A stretch of DNA of 64,000 nucleotides from Octopus sinensis (Eukaryota): assembly GCF_006345805.1 (NCBI RefSeq), contig NC_042997.1, positions 126,170,001 through 126,234,000 of the forward strand, given 5' to 3'. Positions 23,732-36,012 of the stretch are shown one piece after another. The translations under genes and the position numbers were made by a program. Under the pieces are notes generated by a model. That model had not been told where the DNA came from, did no database searches, and saw nothing but the letters and a program-made list of their open reading frames with translations. How positions within the stretch are numbered: position 1 is the stretch's first letter; each line of letters starts with the position of its first letter.

Positions 23732-23877
23732 TCTTTGGAAGCTTTCAACATTGCTGTAAAACAACTGCAAATTGCATTGAAATCTACCGATCCACTGAGT
23801 GTTTCCCGCTGCTATCTCTACATTGCACTCAGTCTTATGCAACGGGGCTATCTTCATTGTTCACGTGCCATAATCAG
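23732..23877 (+). CDS. DUF4807 / F58A4.6-like protein, coding exon 3
   Basis: 146 nt, AG/GT; SLEAFNIAVKQLQIALKSTDPLSVSRCYLYIALSLMQRGYLHCSRAIIR (QL.IAL...DP....RC.LY.A.SL.QRG motif). Confidence 0.88.
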
Positions 23878-24284
23878 GTAACATCAGACACTTATCAGAG
23901 TTTTCTGTTGTCCACTTGTTGGATGGTTTGACTGGGCTGGCACGCTGGAAGGCTGTGCCATGCTCCATTCTGATTTGGCAGGGTTTTCTGTGGTTGGATG
24001 TCCAACCACTCCAAGAGTGTAATGGGTGCTTTTATGTGCCATTGGTACAGATGCCATTTGTGTGACTGTGGTATGTTTATGTGCTATTGGCATGGGTGCC
24101 AATTTGTGTGACTCTGGTATCTACCAAGACTGCGATTTTGCTTGGCTTGATGGGTCTTCTCAAGCATGGCTTAATGCCAAAGGTCTTGGTCATTGCCTCA
24201 TGAATGACAATATAATAAAGTATGATGTATCAAATGTGGGATGCTCAGTAACTGAACGATTTTTAGCCTTTTAAGGGTTTGTAC

Positions 24285-26585
24285 TGGGTCACCTTCACCT
24301 CAGAACGTTATATCTAAGTCACTTCATCAAAGATTGGTTCTCATCTGCCTCTTGTTTATCACAGTCTTTCAGGCTATAACAAAGGAATTTAAGACTGGTT
24401 CTCCATATGAGCTCCTCTATGCTGATGACTTTGTTCTTATAGCTGAATATCTACTAGAATTAGAGAAGAAATTTTAGGTGTGGAAACAAGGTCTAGAATC
24501 AAAGGGCTTTTGAGTTAATTTAGCAAAGACCAAAGTCCAAAGCAGACAAATCACCAATTCCTTCAGGGATATGGCCTCTGCTTGACATGTAGAAAAGGTG
24601 TAGGTAGGAACTCCATACTGTGTTCCCAGTGCAAGTTTTGGACACATAAGAGATGCTGTGGAATCCCAGGAAGGTTACCACAGAAAGTTTCTATGTGGAA
24701 GATGTAATGGTATAATAAACACTAAGAATCTACAGAAAATAGACATTCTCAAATGCCTGGGCAGGGGATCCTTAGAAGTAGTAGATAGCTTCTGTTACCT
24801 AGGCAATGAAGTTAGCTGTGGAGAATGCTCTGAAAGTGTAGTTGCTAGAATAAAAATGGGCTGGGAAAAGTTTAAAAAGCTACTACAATTGTTGGTAATG
24901 AAGGACCTCTCCCTCAGAGTGAAAGGTAGATTGCATGAGCCTGTGTTAAGACAGTTGTGCTATATCACAGTGAAGCATGGATTGTACTTGCAGAGAGGAC
25001 ATGCAGAAGCTTGAAAGAACTAAAGCCAGCATGTTTTGTTGGGTAATGTCAGTGTGCACATATGGCAAAGTGTAAATGATTTAAGAGAAAAACTGGCTGT
25101 AAGAGGCATCAGATATTGTGTGCAGGAGAGAAGACTGCACTGGTATGGTCATGTGATAAGTATGAGCAAGGACAGCTGCATAAAGAAGTGCTGATCTACT
25201 GTGGAAAAAGTAGACCCAAGAAGATGGGTGATAAACTGATGAGAAATGATCATCAGATGTTGAGTCTCACAGAGGAGATGACAAGGTACCAAAATTTCTG
25301 GCGATTTGCTGTGCATGAAAAGCCACACGAAGCTACATCCATGAGAAGCCACATCTATACATGCAGGCGTGCGTGTCCTTTATAGCCATGCTTCACCACC
25401 TGACATACATACATACATAATCTGTCCTATGTCAAAACTCCCTCCACAACTCATCTTCCTAATCCCCCACACCCACTAACCATGATCACCACCTGTTGCA
25501 GACCTCTGCACTACCTCCTGCACACTCTCCATTCCCCTCACATATCTACTACACTCACCTCCCAGCCTCTCCCATTTCCTTTATTACCATTTGCTACTCT
25601 CACTTCTTCCTCATCTCCAAGACTCTTCCTTTACACTCTTACGGAATATCTCCCTCTGTTCTCTCTGTACCACTTATACTCCCCTTGCTGTTCCACCACT
25701 TCTCTCTCTCTCTTTCATTCTTTTCTACTCTAAGCACAAGGCCCAAAATTTTGGGGAGTGGGGCCAGTTGATTAGACCGACCCCAGTATGCAACTGGTAC
25801 TTAATTTATCGACCCCGAAAGGATGAAAGGTAAAGTCGACCTCAGCAGAATTTGAATTCAGAATGTAAAGACGATCGAAATACCTCTAAGCATTTCGCCC
25901 AGCAAGCTAGTGTTTCTGCCAGCTCACCACCTTCCTTTATAGAAATATTCTTTTCTATTCTAGGCACAAGGCCCAAAATTTGTGGGGGAGGGAGCCAGTC
26001 AATTAAATCGACCTCAGTATGCAACTGGTACTTAATTTATCGACCCCGAAAGGATGAAACACAAAGTCGACCATGGTGGAATTTGAACTCAGAACATAAA
26101 GACACGAAATACCACTAAGCATTTTGCCTGGAGTGCTAACATTTCTGCCAGCTTGCCGCCTTCTCTTTCATTCTCTCTCTTTATCTTTCTCTCTGACTTC
26201 TGTTTCTTCTTCCTCTCATTTCCTTTCCTGCTGGAGTAGCTGAGTATCCCCTGTATAGTAAGACATCTATCTTTATCCCTCTATCATATTTTAACCTTTC
26301 AAATGGCACAAAACTATCTTTCTCGGTTCCAATCTCTCACCCAGCTGAGAGGTCTTCATTTTGCTTGTTACTTGGTCACCCCAGTGTTATTGGTGCCTCA
26401 TAAAAAGGACCAGTGCTGGTGCCACATAAAATGCACCCAGCATACTCTGTAAAGTGGTTGGCATTAGAAAATGGTATCTAGCTGTAGAAACCATGCCTAG
26501 CAAACAATGGAACCTGATGCAGGTCTCTGGCTTGCCAGCTCCTCTCAAACTGTCCAACCCATGCCAACATGGAAGAAGGATGATG
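24285..26585 (+). mobile_element. Decayed RTE-X-like LINE (RT remnant, Cys-rich PHD-like insert, C-terminus, 3' UTR) with nested SINEs
   Basis: ELLYADDFVLIAE near 24408; KGVGRNSI.C..CK.W.HK.C; DSFCYLG; several stops and frameshifts. Confidence 0.8.
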
Positions 26586-26820
26586 GTATATGGGTATATA
26601 TATGTATGTGTGTGTACTAAGTGTATATTTTATATGCCTATGGTGTGTTCTGTGTATATTATACTGCGTGTGAATTACTGTCTACTTATTATTATGTTCT
26701 GACTCTATATTATACTGCATATATATCATATATATGATATGATATTAATTATATGTCTTACATGAAATATTGTCAACAATATTTTAATCTTTGCTTTATT
26801 TTAAACTTTCCATTTTTCAG

Positions 26821-27046
26821 AAAGCAGTTTTCATTTGCCAAAAACCACATGATCCAAGATGGACGTTTAATATCAATGTGCCATGGACTTTGGGCTAAAC
26901 TGGGTTTCTTGTATCATCTGAGGAATATGAAGAAGAAAGGTTTACAATATAGCACAGACACAGAAATGGACAATGTTCTGTCTTCTCCCTCCACTTACCC
27001 TAACCAAAATTGTTGCAAAATTCAGTTGGCACCCTGTAGTTCTTGA
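26821..27046 (+). CDS. DUF4807 / F58A4.6-like protein, last coding exon
   Basis: TTTTTCAG acceptor; KQFSFAK...DGRLISMCHGLWAKL...APCSS then TGA. Spliced CDS totals 1089 nt (362 aa). Confidence 0.88.
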
Positions 27047-28057
27047 TGATTCTTTCACTTTAGCTGTTGCACTGAAAGAACTGATTCACAGAGTAAATTC
27101 TAGAATTTCATTAAATTGGAAAAATTTCTTGTCTGAATTCTTTGTGAAAATTCTAGTATATGGAAATATTTTAGGACCCAATTATTTTTGCCAACTTCAA
27201 GTATAATGCAAAACTGTGTTCATGAGTTTTCACTGGAGTACTTTGATTCTCGAGGTGTTTGGAAAATAATGGGACCCTCAGAGTTTTGTCTCCTTTATAA
27301 TTTTTATATAATTCATATTTGCAGCATTATCTCCTGTTTTAATTCTGCATGATTTATTTTGACTACCAGTGTTTTATCCCTGGTTGAAATCACCCCTGAT
27401 ATATTATACACTGATTACAGCTTTAATAATAAGATTTGTGTGTCAGCCATGTAACATTCCAATGGTTTATTATAATATTATACAACAGTAGACCTTTGCT
27501 CTTATTTCTGATGGTCATCAACAACATTCCACTTTTTAGATGTTCAAAATGACAATATAAAGTGTGCCGAACTTGCTTACTTTTGGCTTCTGATTTTATT
27601 TTAATAACATCAGAAAAAACAACAACAATATGTTGAGGAATTCATCAAGCTTCAGTTCATTCTCGCAGTTGTCAATGTGATTTCTTAAGGTACATTCAAG
27701 AGGATACCTTGAGGTATACCTATGAAAGTGTCAAGTAAAAATTCTGGTTAAGCATGGAGTTATTTCCCTTGCAATATGCTTTCATGTTAGTGTCCGCACG
27801 CGTGTGTGAAAGCGAGAGAGAGAAAGAAAGAGAGTGGGAGAGAAAGACTATGTATATGTAAGATAGTGTATGAGTGAAAAAATTGTGACAAAGTATGTGC
27901 CTGTGTTTGCTTTTTATCCATCCTATTAGAAATGCAGATGTTTTTAAGTGTTTACATATAACGGCGGTGCATCAGCATGGCCCCAGCTATCAGCTGAAAC
28001 TACAGCAAAAAATAAACAAACAAACATACATACATACATATATATGTATGTCTGTGA

Positions 28058-28240
28058 GTACTACTTAACAAGAGTGGTCCCGGTGCGCGCACTAACGCAT
28101 CCGCGCTAGCTAGTCGTGTCTAGTCGATTCTTACTTTGTGTTTTATTTACTTTGCTAGGTAGTCGTAGAATCGACTAGTCACGACTAGCTAGCGCGAGTA
28201 CGCGAGTGGGCGCACCGGGACCACTCTTTTTGAGTAGTAC
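28058..28240. mobile_element. CpG-rich fold-back element (~75-bp arms)
   Basis: GTACTACTTAACAAGAGTGGTCCCGGTGCGC...GCTAGCTAGTCGTG is inverted at CACGACTAGCTAGC...GCGCACCGGGACCACTCTTTTTGAGTAGTAC. Confidence 0.8.
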
Positions 28241-29866
28241 CGTGTGTGTGTGTGAATGTTGATATTACATTGCTTTGCTTGTCATGATCTGAATAAAACT
28301 GTGAGAAGTTGTTTACATTGAGTTGGCAACAAGAGGGGCATCCACCGTGAAACCCTGCGTCGGATAATGTCCAGGTTTACATGGAAAACAAACCTTAAGA
28401 AAAAGCAGAACAAATTCATTGTTTAGAAGATGTGTGTATGTGTGCGCGCAGGTATGGCTGTATCGTTAGAAACAGGTGAGGATTGGTGACAGGAAAGGTA
28501 TAGGAGCCATAGAAATCTGTCTTTGCAAACTCTGTCCAACCCATGCAAGCATGGAAAAGTGCATTTTCAAAACAACAATGATGGTGTACATTTATTCAAT
28601 GCCTGATTTCCGCGTTAGCGTACGTTGGAAGGGGAGGTAACTCGAGCAAAATTTTACAGCCAGACGCCCTTTCTCTTTCTTACTTACAAGCATGGGGTTT
28701 ATATATCTGTTTTTATATTTTACTTCCTTCAGCCACTGGGCTGCAGTCATGCTGGGGCACCACCGTTAAGGGCTTAGTCAAACAAATTAACCCTAGTGTT
28801 GATTGTTTTTTTAAAGTCTGATACTTATTCTGCTGGTCTCTATTGGTCAATTACTAATTTATGGGGATGTAAACAAACCAGCACAAGTTGTCAAGCAGGG
28901 AGGACGAACACAGACACATTTATATGCACGCCCACGCATATACATACATTTATATATATATATATATATACATATATACATCATGCATGCATGCATCCAT
29001 CCATCCATACATACATACATACATGCATGCATGCATGTATGTATGTATGTATCTATGTATGTATGCATGCATACATACACACACACATACATACATACAA
29101 ACGTTGACCCTCACAGAGGCAAAGTGGCTGAGTTCCTTTGAGTGTTGGGCCTCACGGAGGCAAAGTGGCTGAGTTCTTTTCGAGTAAACCTCACAGAGGC
29201 AATGACCAAGATCTTTGGCATTATGTCGTGCTTCAGAAAACCCATCAAGCTGAGCAAAATTACAGTTGTGGCAGATACCAGTGTCATGCAAATGGCACCC
29301 TTTGCTGGTGGCACATAAAAGCACCCATTACACTCTCGCTGGCGTAAGGAAGGGCGTCCAGCTGTGGAAAACCATGCTAAATCAGACTGGATCTTGGCGC
29401 AGCCTTCCAGCATGCCAGCCCAGTCAAACCGTCCAACCCAAGCCAGCATGGACATTGGATGCTAAATGATGATGATGATATAAATGTATATGCTGGTGCC
29501 ATGTAAAATCACCCAGTACACTCCATAAATTGGTTGGTATTAGGATGGGCATCTAGCTGTAGAAACCATGCCAAAACAGGCAATTGGAATGTGGTGCATT
29601 TCTCTGGTTTGCCAGCTCCTGTCAAATTGTCCAACCCATGGACGTTCAATGATGATGATGATGATGGCGATGACAAACCTCTATACAGTTTCTGTCTTTC
29701 AAATTTACTCACAAAGTATTAGTTGGCCTGGGGTTATTGTAAAATACATTTTCTCAAGGTTCTCTGCTGTGGGAATGATCCTGAAATTGCATGGTTGCAA
29801 AGTGAAATTCTTAATCACATAGCTATACCAGCACCTACACACACACACATTTAAATTTCTATTTAA

Positions 29867-30360
29867 CCCTTTAGCATTTAAATGGCTGTGGAGGTACGTG
29901 GCTTAGTGGTTAGGGTGTCAGCATTATGATCATAAGATTGTGGTTTCGATTCCTGGACCAGGCGACGTGTTGTGTTCTTGAGCAAAACACTTCACTTCAC
30001 GTTGCTCCAGTTCACTCAACTGGCAAAAATGAGTAACGTTGCGAGGGACTGGCATCCTGTCCAGCTGGGAACACATATGCCATTGAAACCGGGAAACAGG
30101 GCCCATAAGCCTGGCTAGACTTTAAACAGGGTGCATTTATTTTAATTTTATTTAACTGACCATATTTGGTCAAAATATTCTACCTTTTTTTATGTTCAAA
30201 CTGGCCAGATCTGACCTCTAACATCTACCCTAAAATGTCATTCTAAAAATTTACAATCACATCAACGAAATCTCAAAGCTACAAGATCATGCATAATTAA
30301 TCTGAGGCAATGAGAATAAATAAGCAGAACATTTGACAGAATAATCTAAATGCTAAAAGG
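29867..30360. mobile_element. TTAA-flanked piggyBac-like MITE with nested tRNA-SINE
   Basis: TTAA-CCCTTTAGCATTT...AAATGCTAAAAGG-TTAA. Confidence 0.65.
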
Positions 30361-30425
30361 TTAAGTTTGTGAAAGCAATATTAAGAATAATAGCAAAACA
30401 TTTACTGATGAAGAGATTCAATACT

Positions 30426-30835
30426 GATGGCAGAATTGTTAGCACGCCGGGCGAAATGCTTTGTGGTATTTCGTCTGCCGCTGCGTTCTGAGTTCAAAAT
30501 CCACCGAGGTCGACTTTGCCTTTCATCCTTTCGGGGTCGATTAAATAAGTACCAGTTACACACTGGGGTCGATATAATTGACTTAATCCATTTGTCTCTC
30601 CTTGTTTGTCCTCTCTGTGTTTAGTCCCTTGCAGGTAGTAAAGAAATAGGTATTTCGTCTGCTGCTGCATTCTGAGTTCAAATTCCGCCGAGGTCGACTT
30701 TACCTTTCATCTTTTCAAGGGTCGATTAAATAAGTACCAGTTACGCACTGGGGTCAATATAATTGACTTAATCCGTTTGTCTATCCTTGTTTGTTCTCTC
30801 TGTGTTTAGTCCCTTGTGGGTAGTAAAGAAATAGG
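30426..30835 (+). mobile_element. Tandem dimer of Nin/Deu-domain-like SINE
   Basis: TGGCAGAATTGTTAGC head, GAGTTCAAA B box and GCCTTTCATCCTTTCGGGGTCGA...AAGTACCAG domain, present twice. Other copies near 25715-26162, 31697-31930, 38668-38898, 44490-44910, 45250-45457, 47640-47850, 49590-49820 and 62558-62790. Confidence 0.75.
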
Positions 30836-31316
30836 TAGAGTTAAATGTATTTTAACTAACAATTTGACTGTTGAAGAAGCTGGTAGGTGAAACTTAAAGT
30901 CTCAATCAAAATGAATTTTATTATACATTCTCATTATTTTAATACCCACCTTTACCTGCTCATAGGGGTCAGTCAGTCAGAAAAAGCTTTGCTGTAGCAG
31001 ATTTTTCTCTGACCAGCTACTCTTTCTGTTGCCAGCCCTCACCTATTTTCAAATAATATAATATTCCCTCAAGCCTTCAAACAACGAACAACTTACCTTT
31101 CCTCTCATCACCCATATTGTGCATTCTTCACCAGACTCTGCACCGATTGCTAGGCTCAGTCTTGCCTTCTCAGAATGTGGCAATTTTCTCATTGTCCATT
31201 TTTTTTTCCTGTAGCAGTCAACTTGCAATTTCTGAGAGGAGCAACTGCATTAGACTTGGTGGGTCAGCGAAAGTACAGCCCCCTTACTCTAGACCAAAGT
31301 AACATACACATACTCA

Positions 31317-31375
<59 letters not shown>

Positions 31376-32132
31376 TATGTGTAGAATATAAAGCAAACAT
31401 TTCACAGGTAGATCATAATTTATTTTCTTTTAACAGCTATCTCATTAAGAATAAACATCATTAATTCTATAAATATGTAATTAAGAAACTTAATGATGAA
31501 TTAATTTTAAGTAATGTTTATCCCAAAACATCAGGAATACTGTAATCTTTGCTTGTTATAAATCCACTAAATTTACTGCCTTGTTATAATGTTAATTACC
31601 TGTTATTAATTTGGCTCTTAATTATTGTGGATATATATAGTCTTTTTATGTTTTATTCATCATCTCTTTTTATAGGTATATATAATGTATGTGGAAAGGC
31701 GGCAAGTTGGGCTGGTAGAAACGTTAGCATGTCGGGCGAAATGCTTAGTGGTATTTCGTCTGCAGTCTGAGTTCAAATTCCGCCGAGGTCGACTTTGCCT
31801 TTCATCCTTTTGGGGTCGATTAAATAAGTACTAGTTATGCACAGGGGTCGATACAATTGACTTAATCCATTTGTCTGTCCTTGTTTGCCCTGTCTGTGTT
31901 TAGTCCCTTGTGGGTAGTAAAGAAACAGGTATATATAATGTATGTGGAGGCATGTGGTTAGTAGTTAGAGGTGTTGGACTCCTGATTGTAAGACTGGAGT
32001 TTCAATTCCTGCTCAGGGCAACACATTGTGCTTTTGAACAAAATACTTCGTTTCACCTTGGTCCAGTTTACTCAACTGACAAAAGCGAGTAATCCTGCGA
32101 CAGACCGACGTCCTGTCCAGTGGTGGAATGTA

Positions 32133-32350
32133 TGAGGAGCTGCTGAGAAGTTCCTGGCTTTAAGGGTATCGCAAAAGACCTGGTTGGAAGCTCTACCTTC
32201 TGAGTTCTTTTAAAGGGCTTAGAAAAACTGAAGGACCACTGCACTAAGTGTGTGAATCCGAGAAGGGAATATGTTGAATAAAATCGTAATTAACTGATCC
32301 TCCTGTATTTCCATTTATCCAAAGCCATGGACTTTTCAGCACCCTCCTTG
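32133..32350. mobile_element. mariner-type MITE
   Basis: Reverse-complement match to 22016-22228. Confidence 0.7.
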
Positions 32351-33229
32351 TGCGCACCATGGACACCAGGAAACCAGTCCTATGAGTCTAAATTGACTCA
32401 AGAAAGATCTTTATCCTTTTATAATGTATTTGTACAAGAACATCAATGTGTTGAGTACAACCTGGTGTTGTGAGTATGAAATATATGATATATGTTTATA
32501 TGTGATATGCACACATACATGATGACTGTCCATTTGTGACCGAGGAAGGCTATCACTAACCATTGCCCACGCATGAGGTTATTGTACCCACAGTTGGCTT
32601 TACCTGGGATCACATGGCTCCCCCCAGCTTGGCAGGGCATTGAAAAATCACCTCATTGGCAATTGCACAACTTAAAATTTTAGGTCCAATAAGGCTTGCA
32701 CAATGCCTTGATATCCAGTGCCAGTATAGATTTCAGGCTCAGGAATATGGGAGCACCATGGTCTCAGGTGCAAGCAAAAGATCTCCAAAATGTCCAATAC
32801 CATTCCCTGCATATCTGGTTTTCTCCCAGAGACATGCTTTAATAAAAGACTTACTTCCAGTGGTCATCCAGCATGTTGGACACCAGCCTGGAATTTCTGA
32901 GAGCCCATGCTAACATACTACACACATGTATGTATATCCCCCACCCCATCATCATCATTATCATCATCACCACCACATTTAATGCCTATCTTTCATGGTA
33001 GTTGAGGTTATATATATATTTATTATGGAGATGTACTTGCATAGCAAGTGACCTGATCTGAGGTTGTGTGCTGGAATGAAAACAATTGCAGCGTAGAAGG
33101 TGTTTATAAGCCATTTAAGAAACCCACAAAAACCGTTAGATTCACTTCAACATTTAAATTTAATTTGTCAAAATATTTTTGTTGCTTTGAGACCGCAACC
33201 TGTTCACGCTTTGAGACCGTGCTGCATCT

Positions 33230-33273
<44 letters not shown>

Positions 33274-33563
33274 TATATGTATGTATATTTACACTCACAC
33301 TCACATTAGGAAAAGGTTAACAGTAACTTTAAAGTTTCAGCTCAGTTGCTTTCATTAGACTGACAAAGGCTACTGAGCCAAAATTTTGAAGTCACTCAAC
33401 TTTTTTCTTGTTCAGGTAATACTTGACTATTACCTGTATACGTATACATAAAAATGAACAATTATATGTGCACATGTGCACATCTATCCCTCTATGCATT
33501 TATGTGTGCGTGTGCACGCGCGCGCCGTCCAACCCATGCTAGCATGGAAAACGGACGCTAAAC

Positions 33564-33596
<33 letters not shown>

Positions 33597-33988
33597 ATAT
33601 ATATGTGTATGTATCTATGTATATCATTATTGAGTTTATTTCAAGATTTCTTGCCAATAGAGAAAGAGCTGGTTTCTAACCTAGATCCCAGCTCCTTCAT
33701 TGGAATTTCAACATCAGCAACAGGGTATTGTTTGTTTGTTTGTATGTGTGTGTGCATGCGTGCGTGCAGATTTGTATGCTTTTTGTATGTATTTTCATGC
33801 ATATAGTTACATATCTAAACATGCTCATATATATTTAAATGGTAAACTTCTGGAAAATTTTACAGTTCCAGTAATGGATTGGATCTGTAGTCTTTGAATT
33901 AGCTTTCTCCTTTCTGGTTTTGAGAAACCTAATTTTGCCTCTGTGTGTGTGTGTGGGTGTTGAGAGGGTTCAGGAAAGGACCTATATG

Positions 33989-34027
<39 letters not shown>

Positions 34028-34531
34028 AAGAGATGATAAAGGAATAAATGATTATCTTATAAACTTCATTAGCTTACAGGCAGTTTCTGCTAAAAGACGT
34101 AGAGGACTCATCGTTAAGTACCTTATAACTTCATCAGAGCCTCAAGCACAAAGTCCAATTTATTTGGGAAAACAAGTACATTTAAGCATATATAGAAGAA
34201 AACTATAAAGTGTGACTCAGGCACTCAACTATGAGTCCACTGCCTCTTATACCAAGAGCAGCTGTTTGCAAATGAAGTCCATAAGATAGCAGTGTTAACC
34301 TTTGTAATCTCATTTTCTTTTGTGACTCTGTACTTGATTAACACTTCTTTTAGAAGCATATGTATATTGTGTTCTACACCAGGTTATTAAGATTACACTG
34401 CCTCTCCAGATTATCCACCTCTTCCTCCTTTTCCTCCTCTCTGGACTTTTTCCTCTTTCTGACAAAGATCCATGCTTGAAATGTCATTTCTACTCCTATT
34501 TTTCCAGTCTAAAACTTTCATTGAGCATTAA

Positions 34532-35030
34532 TCTTTATATCTATAAATGGAAAAATGTCTGTGTATCTGTGTGTCCTTTATACAAATCCACAGTTTTTCA
34601 TGTAAAAGGCTCGCATTTTCTATGGGCTTTCAAAACTGTCTGAGGGTGGTCGTGAAGATCTTTTCATTTCCCCAGTCACACCAGAAAGCCATTAAAAAAA
34701 TCGATAAACTGACCCCTTATGTCTATAAGTTATTTTGCGGCCAAATTCGAATTTTTCGCTTTCTTCTGCCTCTTTTTTGTCCGACTAATGGCACGTGCAC
34801 AGTCCCGCTAATTTTCCATGATTATGTCGTTCCAGGTGTGAAAACCAAAGTTCAATAAATATTAATTACTCTCATAAAAAGCTCTAACTAGCTCATAAAC
34901 AACAAAACTGGCCCAGGCTGAAATGTGATAAGAAACTTAGCTCTTGATTTAGTGAAAAACTTTTACTGCGACTTGGCAATGAACAACAAGCACTAGCACT
35001 AGACCCGGCAATGCTGGGTCACAGTGCTAG
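34532..35030 (+). mobile_element. Non-autonomous Helitron
   Basis: A|TC 5' end (TCTTTATATCTATAAA), 3' hairpin GACCCGGCA-A-TGCTGGGTC at 35002-35020, CTAG|T 3' end, no TSD. Confidence 0.8.
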
Positions 35031-35108
35031 TCTGATATACTCATTGTGTATGTCCAATTGGGTTTTGTTGTTTCTTCACTGCATTATTGTTTTTGTTCTT
35101 AGATTTAC

Positions 35109-35139
<31 letters not shown>

Positions 35140-35609
35140 ATCAATGTTAACTCCAAACTTGTTTATTGTAAGAGATATATGGTTTGTATGATGTAACTGT
35201 AGTAAAATCTACAATTTCCCCACTTGCTCAGTTGTATGACCGGCCAGTACCTCGGAGGAGATTTTTGAGCTGTGTAAATATAAGAGGAGGTATATTGGGG
35301 GGGGGGGGCTTTGTGAGGGTTCAAAATCTCATCTTTAACAAATCTTTAATCTTGGGTGGTTTTTATTGTTTAGCTTCTGATTGACCTTAAATATACAGGA
35401 ATATGATTGAAGGCATTCCAGTTTTACACATTACGTTTTTCCAGGGATATCTAGGTTTCCTACTTCTCTGCTGTGTCAATTTCTTAAGATTAATTAATGA
35501 TTTGAAGAAGCTTTGGCTTTTTTTGTATAACAACCATGTAGAATAGGGATGGAGAAACTCTTAGTATCAGAGGTAAATTGGGAATGTGAAAGAGTCTGTG
35601 CTAGTATCT

Positions 35610-36012
35610 CTTTACTCTTTTACTTGTTTCAGTCATTTGACTGTAGCCATGCTGGAGCACCACCTTTAGTTGAGGAAATCGACCCCAGGACTTATTCTTT
35701 GTAAGCCTAGTACTTATTCTATTGGTCTCTTTTTGCCGAACCGCTAAGTTACATGGATGTAAACACACCAGCATCGGTTGTCAAGCGATGTTGGTGGGGA
35801 CAAACACAGACACACAAACACACACACACACATATATACATATACATATATATGATAGGTTTTCAGTTTCCGTCTACCAAATCCACTCACAAGGCTTTGG
35901 TCGGTCCGAGGCTATAGTAGAAGATACTTGCCCATGGTGCCATGCAGTGGGACTGAACCTGGAACCATGTGGTTGGTAAGCAAGCTATTTACCACACAGC
36001 CACTCCTGCACC
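35610..36012 (-). mobile_element. tRNA-derived CORE-like SINE
   Basis: Near-full-length match to 9289-9648. Confidence 0.8.

Noticed and set aside
31097-31290. Minus-strand exon candidate with GTAAGT donor
   Set aside because: No partner exons or recognisable protein.
32535-32915. Solo LTR candidate (TG...CA with AATAAA)
   Set aside because: No matching TSD and no second copy or internal domain in the window.
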